Shown piece by piece: positions 27,877 through 37,600 of a DNA stretch of 41,939 bases. Position 1 is the first letter of the stretch. Each line of letters begins with the position of its first letter. Below the pieces are notes generated by a model. The model worked only from the letters and a program-made list of their open reading frames with translations. It was not told the origin of the DNA and did not search any database. Origin of the DNA: Candidatus Moranbacteria bacterium GW2011_GWF2_35_54 (lineage in GTDB: Bacteria > Patescibacteriota > Minisyncoccia > Moranbacterales > UBA9337); assembly GCA_000990945.1 (NCBI GenBank), contig LBQR01000029.1:1-41939 (forward strand). Reading direction: 5' to 3'. A program made the position numbers and the translations under genes.

Positions 27877-27948
27877 ATAACGTGGATTTTGGGATAAAAT
27901 GAAGAAAAGCGTTGTTAATGCTTAACATTAAAAATTAATTAAAAAATT

Positions 27949-28239
27949 ATGAATCAATCAAACCAAAGCCAACAAGTGCAAATCAAAGCGACGGATGAAA
28001 AATTAAAAGGAGAATATTCTAATGCGATGCAAATTTTGCACACTAAGGAAGAATTTGTTTTGGATTTCTTAAATATTTTTCCACCGACTGGAACTTTAAA
28101 TTCGAGAGTAATTCTTTCTCCCGGACATTTTAAACGAATGATAAAAGCCATGGAAGAAAATCTAAAAAAGTACGAAGAACAATTTGGAAAAATCGAAATC
28201 GCTACTGAGCCAAAAAGTGAGATTGGATTTAAGGCATAG
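27949..28239 (+). CDS. DUF3467-like protein
   Basis: G.YSN...I.HT.EEF.LDF, RVILSP.H.K.....L..N...YE..FG.I. Confidence 0.85.
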   Translation: MNQSNQSQQVQIKATDEKLKGEYSNAMQILHTKEEFVLDFLNIFPPTGTLNSRVILSPGHFKRMIKAMEENLKKYEEQFGKIEIATEPKSEIGFKA

Positions 28240-28340
28240 CACATAGAGTACTATGTGAATTTAAAATTTCAAATTTAGAATTTCAAATCAATACTTAATG
28301 TTTTAATTTAAAAATAATAACTGAGTCGATGAATATTTTT

Positions 28341-28372
28341 AGCTCTCCGCGAAAGCGGGGAGTTTTTTATTT
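28341..28372 (+). terminator. Intrinsic terminator
   Basis: CTCTCCGC-GAAA-GCGGGGAG followed by T-run. Confidence 0.75.
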
Positions 28373-28666
28373 ATCAATAAAATAGGAGTATTTCTAAAAT
28401 ATTTAATAAAACCTATGTCCATTATAACTGCTATCGCGTTCATAATGGACATAGCTTTTAGGAAGGGAAGGTAATGGAAGCTAAGTAAGGTAATAAAATT
28501 ACACGGCCGTGGAATTTTATTACCTTACTTTTGTCCAAAAGATATTTATTGAAGTAAAAAATAAAGTAGTAATGAAAAATTTTAAGAAAGAAAAAAATAT
28601 TTTAGAAAAAATAATTTATGAAAATTTAAAAATAAAAAAAATTTTCTGAAAAAAATAAAAAAACTA

Positions 28667-28788
28667 TTGTGCAATTTTGTTATTGTTGTATAATAAATGT
28701 AGATAAAAATATTTAGAAAATAATTTTTAGAAAAAAATAAAAACTTTTTCAAAAAAACTATTGTATAAATTTTTTATTGTTGTATAAT
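28667..28788 (+). promoter_or_regulatory. Tandem duplicated promoters
   Basis: AAAAACTATTGT...TTATTGTTGTATAAT twice, 94 bp apart (-10 boxes at 28689 and 28783). Confidence 0.6.
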
Positions 28789-28887
28789 TATTTATATAAC
28801 GAAATTGTGTGAGAAGGGGTCGAGCTTCTCAGTTAAAAATAAAAAAATAATCCAGTGAGAAATCGCTGGCTAGCCTAAAATAAAAAT

Positions 28888-29049
28888 ATGGCAACAAAGA
28901 AAAAAGCTGTTAAAAAAGTAGCTAAGAAGAAAGTAGCTAAAAAAACAGTTAAAAAAGCTGTTAAAAAAGTAGCTAAAAAAACAGTTAAAAAAGCTGTTAA
29001 AAAAGTAGCTAAGAAAACAGTTAAAAAAGCAACAAAAAAAAGAAAGTAA
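28888..29049 (+). CDS. 53-aa Lys-rich histone-H1/Hc2-like protein (not in the ORF track)
   Basis: MATKKKAVKKVAKKKVAKKTVKKAVKKVAKKTVKKAVKKVAKKTVKKATKKRK; promoter upstream, terminator downstream. Confidence 0.88.
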   Translation: MATKKKAVKKVAKKKVAKKTVKKAVKKVAKKTVKKAVKKVAKKTVKKATKKRK

Positions 29050-29066
29050 AGACAAAACAAAAAATT

Positions 29067-29111
29067 AGATGACCGCACTAAACTAAAAGATAGGAGCGGT
29101 CATCTTTTTTT
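29067..29111 (+). terminator. Intrinsic terminator
   Basis: AGATGACCGC...GCGGTCATCT followed by T-run. Confidence 0.75.
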
Positions 29112-29353
29112 ATTTTTCCGGAAGCTATTTTAGAACTTACGCGTTTGAACATTATTTTTTGTTTTATGCGTTTCTAAAAAATATCATTTTTTCTCGCCTT
29201 TCGCAGTAGCACGGCAGTTCAAAAAAATAATATTTTTCAGAAACTAAGATTATACAACTCAAACGCGCAAGCCCTATATTTATCAGATTAGAATTGAGAA
29301 AATAAAAAAGCCGGAAAGAAATCGATGTCTCTCCGGCTTTTCGATTGGTAGAT

Positions 29354-29674
29354 TTAAATCTTTTTCCTCCTCCTCGTAGTTTTTCTCTTGAGAGCTGCAT
29401 TCTCCGCTAAGAGCTCAGCAATCTCCTTCTGTTGAAGAGCTAAATGCTTGTTTTTGTCAGTGAGCTTTCTTCTCAGTTCAATTACTATAGCAGAAGGTTT
29501 TCTTTTACTGGACCTGAGGTGCGTTAGCTGCTCTTTTAATCTCGCATTTTCTCTTGTTACATTAAGAAAACGTTTTTCTATGGATGCTAGCGCTATTTTT
29601 GACGCATCAATAATACTTAGCATGGCATCGTCCTGCATTCTCCTAGTTGTCTCTTCGATTCTGTGCTTGTTCAT
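29354..29674 (-). CDS. Hypothetical basic coiled-coil protein
   Basis: Heptad pattern; minus-strand terminator at 29304-29342. Confidence 0.65.
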   Translation of the reverse strand: MNKHRIEETTRRMQDDAMLSIIDASKIALASIEKRFLNVTRENARLKEQLTHLRSSKRKPSAIVIELRRKLTDKNKHLALQQKEIAELLAENAALKRKTTRRRKKI

Positions 29675-29778
29675 TTATGATCCCTTCAAAAAAATTAAAC
29701 AGAGTTTATGAGGAAGTTACTGGCTATAAATCTAAACGTTTTTGGACTTTTAGTCAAGAATTTATTTTATTTTTTATT

Positions 29779-29807
29779 TTGACACACGGGCTTATTTTTG
29801 GTACCAT
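29779..29807 (+). promoter_or_regulatory. Sigma70-type promoter upstream of mreB
   Basis: TTGACA-N17-TACCAT. Confidence 0.6.
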
Positions 29808-29813
29808 ATGTAA

Positions 29814-29964
29814 GAGCCTGTCCGAAATCTCACCGCTAAGTTATGATAAATTACAGCTTGTCCGCTAAAGCGTCCCAATTTCGGCTGATAGTCCTTTCTC
29901 GCTTCTTACGGTTTTCGCTCGAAATTGGAACGTTTTATTTGGACATGAGATTTCGGACAGGCTC
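29814..29964. mobile_element. 151-bp MITE with IS5-family-like ends
   Basis: Perfect 19-bp TIR GAGCCTGTCCGAAATCTCA, flanked by TAA on both sides; internal hairpin; no transposase. Confidence 0.75.
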
Positions 29965-30035
29965 TAAAGCAAAAACAAAAAATAATTCTTTTAATAAAAA
30001 GCCTCTGTTGAGTTATTTCTAGAGGATTTGTTTAT

Positions 30036-31101
30036 ATGTTCAAAAATTTTAAATACATGTATCGAAAGATAACGGGAAAGATTTTTGGAAAATTTTCTAA
30101 AGATATTGGCTTTGGTTTATGTAAGTGGGAAAGGGATCGTCATCAATGAACCGAGCGTGGTAGCGATAAATAAAAAAACAGGACAAATCTTAGCCATCGG
30201 CAAAAAAGCCAAGCAAATGGTAGGAAAAACTCCTAGCCATATTGTGGCGACGCGCCCGCTGGTAGATGGAGTGATTAGCGACTTTGAAGTAACGGAGCAG
30301 ATGTTGCGGTATTTTATCGATAAGGTGCATGAAGATTCTTTTTCTATCTTGCCTCGCCCCAGAGTACTGATTGGAATTCCATCGGAAGTAACGGAAGTAG
30401 AAAAAAGAGCTGTAATTGATGCAGCCATTAGTGCAGGAGCAAGAGAAGCTTATATCATTGACGAGCCGATGGCTGCAGCTATCGGAGCGCATTTGCCAGT
30501 AACGACAGCAGCAGGAAATATGATCGTGGATATTGGCGGGGGAACGGCAGAGATTGCGGTAATTTCTTTAGGAGGAGTGGTAGCTTCAAGAAGTTTGCGA
30601 ATTGCCGGAGATGAGATGAATGAAGATATCGTCAGGTATTGCCGCGACGAGTTTAATTTATTAGTAGGAGAAAGGACAGCGGAGGATGTTAAAATTAGCA
30701 TTGGGAGTGCTTACCCACAAGAAAAAAAACTCACTATGGATATAAGAGGGCGAGATTTAGTGAGCGGGTTGCCTAAGAAGATAAAAATTAACGATGAACA
30801 AATTCGAGAAGCTCTTTCGCGTTCCATTCGAATAATTGTTAACAATGTTAAAATTATAATCGAAGACACTCCGCCAGAATTGATTGCTGATATTATGCAA
30901 CGTGGAATAATTTTGGCCGGAGGAGGAAGCTTGATTCGAGGATTGGATAAATTAATTGCCAATCAAACTGGAATATCAGTGCGCACCATGGAAGACCCTC
31001 TGACAGCAGTAGTGAGGGGAACGGGAATTGTTCTGGAAGATCTTGAATCATTGAAAGAAGTTTTGGCTGCCAATCAATATGACGATAGTCCATTGCGTTA
31101 G
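30036..31101 (+). CDS. mreB: Rod shape-determining protein MreB, frame-broken near 30109
   Basis: FSKDIG in frame 1, then LVYV..., EPSVVA, DIGGGT, GGG.L in frame 2; the IDLGTANT motif is missing at the junction. Confidence 0.95.
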
Positions 31102-31234
31102 AAATTACCGCGAATCTACAAATCTTTTACAAATCTACAAATATTGAAAAAGAATTATTATAAACAACTCATTGGGTATTTGAAATAAGTCAAAACATGG
31201 AAGTGCGTTGTATTCCCTATAAGTTAAAATAATT

Positions 31235-32050
31235 ATGTCCAGAAAATTTACTTCTAAAAAAATATTTAAAGTTTTGGCAGTTTGCGCAATCGCAATACTG
31301 CTGATACTTTGGAATCCAAATAATTTTTTCAACGGAGTAAGGGGATTTTTTATGGGGGTTACTTTGCCAGTGCAAAAGTTTCTTTCTGCCGGAGCAACTA
31401 AAACCCATTCTTTTGGCCAGGCGATTTATTCTATCGGGAAAATAAAAAAAGAAAATAAATATTTAATGGAGGAAAATTTAAAATTAAGGGCGCAAAATGC
31501 AAAATTTACCGATATCATGAAAGAAAATGAAGATTTACGCAATCAATTAAAAATTTCATCGCGGGAAGAATTCGATTTGGAGCCAGCGCGCATTATCGGG
31601 AAGGATATTTACAACAATGACAGCTGGATATTAATTGATAAAGGCAGGAAAAATGGAATAGAAAAGGGCATGTCAGTGATTGTGGCAGATGGAATTTTAG
31701 TCGGAAAGATTGAAGAAGTTTTTGACTCAACTGCACGCGTAGTTTTCATTACAGAAAAGTTGATGAATATCAATGTTGAGACTGTCGAAACGGGCGCTGT
31801 GGGAGTAGCCAAAGGAGATTATGGACTGGGGCTGATTATGGATTTAGTCTTGCAGACAGATAGTTTAAAAATTGGAGATCGGGTAATTACCTCGGATATC
31901 AGTCAAGATGTTCCCAGGGGACTTTTGGTAGGAGAGATAAGAGAAATCAATTCAGCGCAAAATGATTTATTCCAAAAGGCGGTCATATCTTTGCCGGTAG
32001 ATTTTTTTAAATTAAGATTCGTTTTTGTAATTAAAAATACTAGCCACTGA
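31235..32050 (+). CDS. mreC: Rod shape-determining protein MreC
   Basis: TM, coiled coil (EN..LR..L), IDKG...G, GD.VITS, P.GL.VG. Confidence 0.93.
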   Translation: MSRKFTSKKIFKVLAVCAIAILLILWNPNNFFNGVRGFFMGVTLPVQKFLSAGATKTHSFGQAIYSIGKIKKENKYLMEENLKLRAQNAKFTDIMKENEDLRNQLKISSREEFDLEPARIIGKDIYNNDSWILIDKGRKNGIEKGMSVIVADGILVGKIEEVFDSTARVVFITEKLMNINVETVETGAVGVAKGDYGLGLIMDLVLQTDSLKIGDRVITSDISQDVPRGLLVGEIREINSAQNDLFQKAVISLPVDFFKLRFVFVIKNTSH

Positions 32051-32595
32051 TGAATAAATTTTTATTAAGAATTTTTGTGATTTTTACAGTTATTTTTATT
32101 CAAATAAATTTTTTGGATTTAATTTTTTTAAAAAATAACTTAATTAACTTATCAATTCTAACTTTGGTTAGCTGGATAGTTATCAGCGGTTTTGAAAAAA
32201 TGTGGATGTGGATTTTTTTACTGGGCTTTTTTAATGACGTATTTTTTGCAGAAAGAATCGGTTTCAATATTTTGTTTTTTATTATTTTTGCGTATTTAAT
32301 CAGTTTTGCTTCAAAAAGTTTTATAATTGAGAGAAAATTGTCTGGCTTTCTGCTGGTAGCCGTTTTTATCTTACTGGGAAGTTTTATGGGAAGTTTTTTG
32401 AATCTTCTGATCGGAGAGCTTAGTTTTTCCAAAGAAATTTTAATTTATGGCGCAAAAAGTTATTTTATAAGCTGGGAAAACTTTATCGGGGCAAATATTT
32501 TTGCGGGAGTTTGTTTTTATGGAATTTATACTTTCATAAATAAAATAGAAAAGCATATTGCCAGAAGCGATAGCAAGCTCAATATATCTTTTTGA
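32050..32595 (+). CDS. mreD: MreD-like membrane protein
   Basis: Polytopic, GFFND motif, between mreC and mrdA. Confidence 0.75.
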   Translation: MNKFLLRIFVIFTVIFIQINFLDLIFLKNNLINLSILTLVSWIVISGFEKMWMWIFLLGFFNDVFFAERIGFNILFFIIFAYLISFASKSFIIERKLSGFLLVAVFILLGSFMGSFLNLLIGELSFSKEILIYGAKSYFISWENFIGANIFAGVCFYGIYTFINKIEKHIARSDSKLNISF

Positions 32596-32605
32596 TTATT
32601 CTCCC

Positions 32606-32700
32606 ACAAATTTACAAATCCATTACAAATCTACAAATGTGAAAATATGCTTGTTTTTGGATATTTGTAAATTTGTAGCAGATTTGTAGATTTGCGGTAA
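32606..32700. repeat. Inverted octamer-array element (TACAAAT[C/T])
   Basis: Left units and their reverse complement; 31105-31143 is the reverse complement of the right arm. Confidence 0.8.
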
Positions 32701-32776
32701 CTTCCAGGTTTAAAGCAAAAACAATAATCTGTTGCTCAATTATGTTAATATTATTATGGGTTAATTGCTGTTTAAT

Positions 32777-34624
32777 ATGAATTTTTATAATAAGAAATAC
32801 AAATTAAAAGTTTCCAAAGAGATTGATGAAATTGCGGATTCAGTTTTGTTAAGTGGCAGGGAGGTGGGCAGAATAGAAGTGCCATTCAATAAAAATCTTT
32901 TAAATGTTTTTTGGTTTGCCATACTTCTGGCCATGATATTCCTCTTTGGCCGGACAGTCTTTTTGGCCGTTGCCAAGGGAGATTATTATCGGGCGGTGGC
33001 AAAAGAAAATAGATTGCGCGTTTCTTATATAAAAGCTCCGCGCGGAAAAATATTTGATCGATCAGGCAATGCTTTGGTGTATAATATTCCAAGTTTGGAT
33101 TTAATTGTGGATGAATTTTCTCCAGAAGCTTTGGAAAAAATCAAGAAAATATTTCCCAACAGATATGAGGAGCTTTTGTTAAATCTAAAAAGTAAAAACA
33201 AGGAAGATAATTTTGTTTTGCTTTTGAAAAATATTAATCAAAAAGAAGCTATGCTGGCGATGGAAAGCTATGAAAAACTTCCTGGCGTTCAAGTCACCAA
33301 GACGGCGATTAGAGATTATTCGGATAGTTTAATTTTTTCTAATGTTATCGGTTATGAAGGAAAGATAAAAAAAGAAGAGTTGGCAGAAAATCCTGATTAT
33401 TTGATCACAGATTCAATCGGCAAGAGAGGCTTGGAAAAGTATTATGAAAAAGATTTACGGGGGACTCCTGGAAAAATTAATGTAGAGGTGGACTCCATGG
33501 GGCACGTAGCCAGAGAATTGGGGGTAATTAACCCAGAGTCCGGAAGCGATTTGGTGCTTAATATTGACAGCCAATTGCAAAAAAAAATATTTGATAGCTT
33601 AACTGGTGTTTTGGAAAAAGAAAATTTAAAAGCCGGAGCCGCGGTAGCACTGGATCCTCGAAGCGGGGCAGTTTTGGCTATGGTGAGTGTTCCCAGTTTT
33701 GATAACAATTTATTTGCCAAAGGTATTTCCAATGAAGATTATGCAAATATTTTGAATAATGAAAACAAGCCGATGTTCAACAGGGCAATTGCTGGAGAAT
33801 ATGCTCCTGGTTCGACGCTTAAACCAGTGATGGCTTCGGCAGCACTTACAGAAGGCGTGATAAGTCCCAGCACCCAGATAGAAAGCAAAGGAGGAATTAG
33901 TGTAGGGAATTGGTTTTTTGGAGATTGGAAAGCACATGGATTTACGGATGTAAAAAAAGCCTTGGCTGTTTCAAGCGATGTATTTTTTTATTCAGTGGGT
34001 GGAGGCTATGGATCTATTCGCGGAATGGGGGTGGATAAGATAAAAAAATATGCCAATTTGTTTGGCTATGGAGAAATGTCGGGTATTGATTTGCCAGGAG
34101 AAGCAAATGGATTTTTGCCGACGGAAAAATGGAAGGAAGAGACGTTTAATGAAAAGTGGTATATTGGCAATACTTACCATGCTTCTATCGGACAGGGGTA
34201 TATAACCGCCACTCCACTTCAAATTGCCAACAGTGTATCTGTAGTGGCTAACGGAGGCACACTTTATCGTCCGAGGTTAGTTTCTCAAATCCAGAAATTG
34301 GATAAAACTATTTATAATAAATCAGAAGTGATAAGAAGTGGGTTTATTAATGCGGATATTTTAAAAACAGTTAGGGAGGGTATGCGCATGACAGTAACAG
34401 AAGGAACTGCGCAAATGCTTAAGACCTTGCCAGTAGCAGTAGCGGGAAAAACCGGAACAGCTCAGTTTGGTAATGAAAAAAAGGCGCATGGTTGGTTTGT
34501 ATCTTTTGCTCCTTATGAAAATCCGGAAATCGTAATGGTAGTTTTGGTTGAAGGGCAAGAAGAGAGTGGGTTTAACGCTGTGCCTGTGACCAACGAGGTT
34601 TACAATTGGTATTTTTCGAGGTAA
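32777..34624 (+). CDS. mrdA: Penicillin-binding protein 2
   Basis: APRG.IFDR, STLK, SSD, KTGT. Confidence 0.94.
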   Translation: MNFYNKKYKLKVSKEIDEIADSVLLSGREVGRIEVPFNKNLLNVFWFAILLAMIFLFGRTVFLAVAKGDYYRAVAKENRLRVSYIKAPRGKIFDRSGNALVYNIPSLDLIVDEFSPEALEKIKKIFPNRYEELLLNLKSKNKEDNFVLLLKNINQKEAMLAMESYEKLPGVQVTKTAIRDYSDSLIFSNVIGYEGKIKKEELAENPDYLITDSIGKRGLEKYYEKDLRGTPGKINVEVDSMGHVARELGVINPESGSDLVLNIDSQLQKKIFDSLTGVLEKENLKAGAAVALDPRSGAVLAMVSVPSFDNNLFAKGISNEDYANILNNENKPMFNRAIAGEYAPGSTLKPVMASAALTEGVISPSTQIESKGGISVGNWFFGDWKAHGFTDVKKALAVSSDVFFYSVGGGYGSIRGMGVDKIKKYANLFGYGEMSGIDLPGEANGFLPTEKWKEETFNEKWYIGNTYHASIGQGYITATPLQIANSVSVVANGGTLYRPRLVSQIQKLDKTIYNKSEVIRSGFINADILKTVREGMRMTVTEGTAQMLKTLPVAVAGKTGTAQFGNEKKAHGWFVSFAPYENPEIVMVVLVEGQEESGFNAVPVTNEVYNWYFSR

Positions 34625-34689
34625 GCTTTATATAGAAAATTAAATTGGATAATTAGATAATACCAAATCAACTTAAATACTGCTAGTAT

Positions 34690-34833
34690 GTCATTCCGAG
34701 TGAAGTGAGTCCGACCCTAAGGAGGATGAACGGAATCGAGGAATCTAATCTTAGATCTTTGCGCCACCGCTAAAGCTATAGCGACACGCGGTCGACTTCA
34801 TTTCTCCGCCAGCTGGCGGATCAATTCCGCTCG
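34690..34833. repeat. Family B-type element with nested mini-palindromes
   Basis: About 90 bp identical to the reverse complement of part of 37477-37591. Confidence 0.88.
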
Positions 34834-34867
34834 ATTTAGTTTTATTTGGTATAAGAAGTCTCTAAAT

Positions 34868-35938
34868 ATGGATATTAAAGAAGAATTAAAAAAGTTTCAA
34901 GATAAAGTTAATCCTGAATTAAAGGTATTTTTTGATAAAAACATAAAAGATTCCAAGGAAAATAATTTTATTACTACGGAGGCTTTGAAACAAGTAAAAA
35001 AAATAACTTTATCGGGAGGCAAAAGACTTCGACCAGCCTTGATGTATTGGAGTTATTTGGGCGTGGGCGGTCAAAATAGGAAAGAGATAATTAAAACATC
35101 AATTAGTATTGAGCTAATCCATATGTTTTTATTAATTCATGATGACATCATAGACAATGATTCCAAGCGGCATGGCGTAGAGACAATTCATTCTAGATAT
35201 AATAAAATAGGAAAAATTATTGCTAAAGAGAAAAGAGATTCTGTGCATTTTGGAAATTCGATGGGCATTGTAGTGGGGGATATAGTATGTGCATTGGGAA
35301 ATCAAGTGCTTTTTAAATCTAAATTTAATGCTGAATTGGTAATAAAAGCCCTGGATCAATTGCAAAGTATTATAGCGCGAGTAGCGGTAGGAGAGGCGCA
35401 GGATGTTTTTATCGAACACAAGCGAATGGCCAGTGAAAAAGAAGTTCTTGATATGTATAAAAATAAAACAGCTAAATATACAATTGAAGGACCATTGCAT
35501 CTGGGCGCTATTTTGGGCGGAGCGAGCGACAAATTATTAAATAAAATTAGTGAGTTTGCTGTGCCAGTGGGAATTGCTTTTCAAATTCAGGATGATATAT
35601 TGGGAATTTTTGGCAATGAGAAAAAAATAGGCAAACCGGTGGGTTCTGATATTCGAGAAGGCAAGCAGACTATTTTAGTAGTGCGGGCTTTAAAAAATGC
35701 CAGCAAAAAACAAAAAGAAGTTTTAAATAGATTATTGGGCAAGAAAGATATTAGTGAAGTTGAAATAGAAGAATTTAGAAAAATTATTCGTGAAACAGAG
35801 GCTTTGGATTATTCTAATATTTTAGCTCAAAAATTAATCAAAGAAGGCAAAGAGGCTTTGCACAACATTGGTTTTAATAAAGAAAGTGAAAAAACACTTT
35901 TGGCTTTGGCAGACTATATGACACAGCGAGAAATATAG
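34868..35938 (+). CDS. Polyprenyl diphosphate synthase
   Basis: GGKRLRP, LIHDDIID...R, KTA.Y, FQIQDD. Confidence 0.95.
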   Translation: MDIKEELKKFQDKVNPELKVFFDKNIKDSKENNFITTEALKQVKKITLSGGKRLRPALMYWSYLGVGGQNRKEIIKTSISIELIHMFLLIHDDIIDNDSKRHGVETIHSRYNKIGKIIAKEKRDSVHFGNSMGIVVGDIVCALGNQVLFKSKFNAELVIKALDQLQSIIARVAVGEAQDVFIEHKRMASEKEVLDMYKNKTAKYTIEGPLHLGAILGGASDKLLNKISEFAVPVGIAFQIQDDILGIFGNEKKIGKPVGSDIREGKQTILVVRALKNASKKQKEVLNRLLGKKDISEVEIEEFRKIIRETEALDYSNILAQKLIKEGKEALHNIGFNKESEKTLLALADYMTQREI

Positions 35939-35964
35939 ATTTAAAAAATTATCTTTAAAATTAT

Positions 35965-37020
35965 ATGATAAAAAGAAAAAAAACTAGAAAAATAAAAGTA
36001 GGTAATGTTTTTATCGGGGGAGATGCTCCAGTGGCTATTCAATCGATGTGTAATACCGATACCCGCGATGTCGAGGCGACTGTGGCTCAAATTAAAAAAC
36101 TTATTCAAGCGGGGTGTGAAATCATCCGAGTAGCGGTGCCTGATATGGAGGCGGCCAGGGCAATTGGAGAAATAAAGAAGCAAATCAATATTCCGATTGT
36201 GGCCGATATCCATTTTTCGGCTGAGTATGCGTTAGAAGCTATCAATCAAGGAATTGATAAACTGAGAATTAATCCAGCCAATATCGGAAGCAAGGAAAAA
36301 ATTAAAATGTTGGTGGTGGCTTGCAAAGAAAAAAATATTCCTATTAGAATTGGAATTAACGGCGGCGCGATAGAAAAGAGTATCTTGGAAAAATATAATG
36401 GAGAGGTTACTCCCGAGGGAATGGTTGAATCAGCGATGGAAAATATTAAATTATTGGAAGAAAATGATTTTTTTGATATCGCTATTTCTCTTAAAGCTAA
36501 CGATGTCGAGAGAACAGTTGAGGCCTATCGGTTACTTTCTAAAAAAGTAGACTACCCCTTGCATATCGGCATAACTGAGGCTGGAACAATTTTTAGAGGA
36601 ACTGTTGTTTCTGCAGTAGGATTTGGAATAATATTATACGATGGAATTGGCGATACTATCAGAGTTTCTCTAACCGCTGATCCAGTCGAAGAAATAAAAG
36701 TGGCTTGGGAAATTCTTAAATCTTTGGGACTGAGGAAAAGAGGCATTTCGGTAACGAGCTGTCCAACTTGTGGAAGAACTCAAATTGATATAATAAAATT
36801 AGCCAATGAAGTAGAGAGACTGCTAGCGGGCAAAGAAAAAGATATTCGCGTGGCGGTGATGGGTTGCGTAGTAAATGGTCCAGGAGAAGCTAGGGAAGCC
36901 GATTTAGCAATAGTAGGGGGCGCAGGCGTGGGATTAATTGTGAAAAAAGGAGAGATTATAAAGAAGGTGGATGAAAAAGATTTACTGATTGAATTTATGA
37001 AAGAGATAGAAAAATTTTAA
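35965..37020 (+). CDS. ispG: 4-hydroxy-3-methylbut-2-en-1-yl diphosphate synthase
   Basis: IQSM, ADIHF, RINP.NI, SCPTCGR, MGCVVNGPGEA. Confidence 0.98.
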   Translation: MIKRKKTRKIKVGNVFIGGDAPVAIQSMCNTDTRDVEATVAQIKKLIQAGCEIIRVAVPDMEAARAIGEIKKQINIPIVADIHFSAEYALEAINQGIDKLRINPANIGSKEKIKMLVVACKEKNIPIRIGINGGAIEKSILEKYNGEVTPEGMVESAMENIKLLEENDFFDIAISLKANDVERTVEAYRLLSKKVDYPLHIGITEAGTIFRGTVVSAVGFGIILYDGIGDTIRVSLTADPVEEIKVAWEILKSLGLRKRGISVTSCPTCGRTQIDIIKLANEVERLLAGKEKDIRVAVMGCVVNGPGEAREADLAIVGGAGVGLIVKKGEIIKKVDEKDLLIEFMKEIEKF

Positions 37021-37091
37021 ACCCGTCAGTCGCGACCGACAGGTTTAAAAATAGTTTATAGCTTGTAGGCTATAGCTTTTAGCTTAAAAAA

Positions 37092-37120
37092 TAAAACCTC
37101 TGGAATTTATCAGAGGTTTT
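37092..37120. terminator. Bidirectional terminator between ispG and rpmB
   Basis: AAAACCTCTG...CAGAGGTTTT. Confidence 0.75.
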
Positions 37121-37145
37121 GTTTTATTATAAAGTATTTTTAAAT

Positions 37146-37316
37146 TTAAGCTTTATTCATAGTACGGATACATCTGGTACAGACTTTTTTCTTTTGTCCG
37201 TCAATTTTCTTTTGTTGAATATTAACTTTAAATTTTCGCTTAGTCGCAATATTAGAATGACTTCTGGAATGTCCAGTAGCGGTTCCTCTAGCACAAATTT
37301 CACAAGTTCTACTCAT
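37146..37316 (-). CDS. rpmB: 50S ribosomal protein L28
   Basis: [25 protein letters not shown]. Confidence 0.96.
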   Translation of the reverse strand: MSRTCEICARGTATGHSRSHSNIATKRKFKVNIQQKKIDGQKKKVCTRCIRTMNKA

Positions 37317-37476
37317 AAGTATGTTACAGAACAAATATTAACCACCGGCAGTATTTGGATGATTTATGTCCTTAAATTAGTTTGCTTATTTACAAGATTT
37401 AGATTATCATAATAGATGTATTTTGTAAAGAGAAATTAAATAAAACTAAATTAACTAAATTTATTCTATAACATTG

Positions 37477-37591
37477 GTCATCTTGAGCGGAATTGATCCG
37501 CCAGCTGGCGGAGAAATGAAGTCGACCGCGTGTCGCTATAGCTTTAGCGGTGGCGCAAAGATCTAAGATTAGATTCTTCACTCGGAATGAC
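37477..37591. repeat. Family B-type element with nested mini-palindromes
   Basis: GTCATCTTGAGC...CTCGGAATGAC; inverted twin of 34690-34833. Confidence 0.88.
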
Positions 37592-37600
37592 ACGCTTTTT

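Noticed and set aside
28870-29078. Minus-strand Phe-rich ORFs (61 and 67 aa)
   Set aside because: Antisense shadows of the Lys-rich plus-strand gene, which has the promoter and terminator
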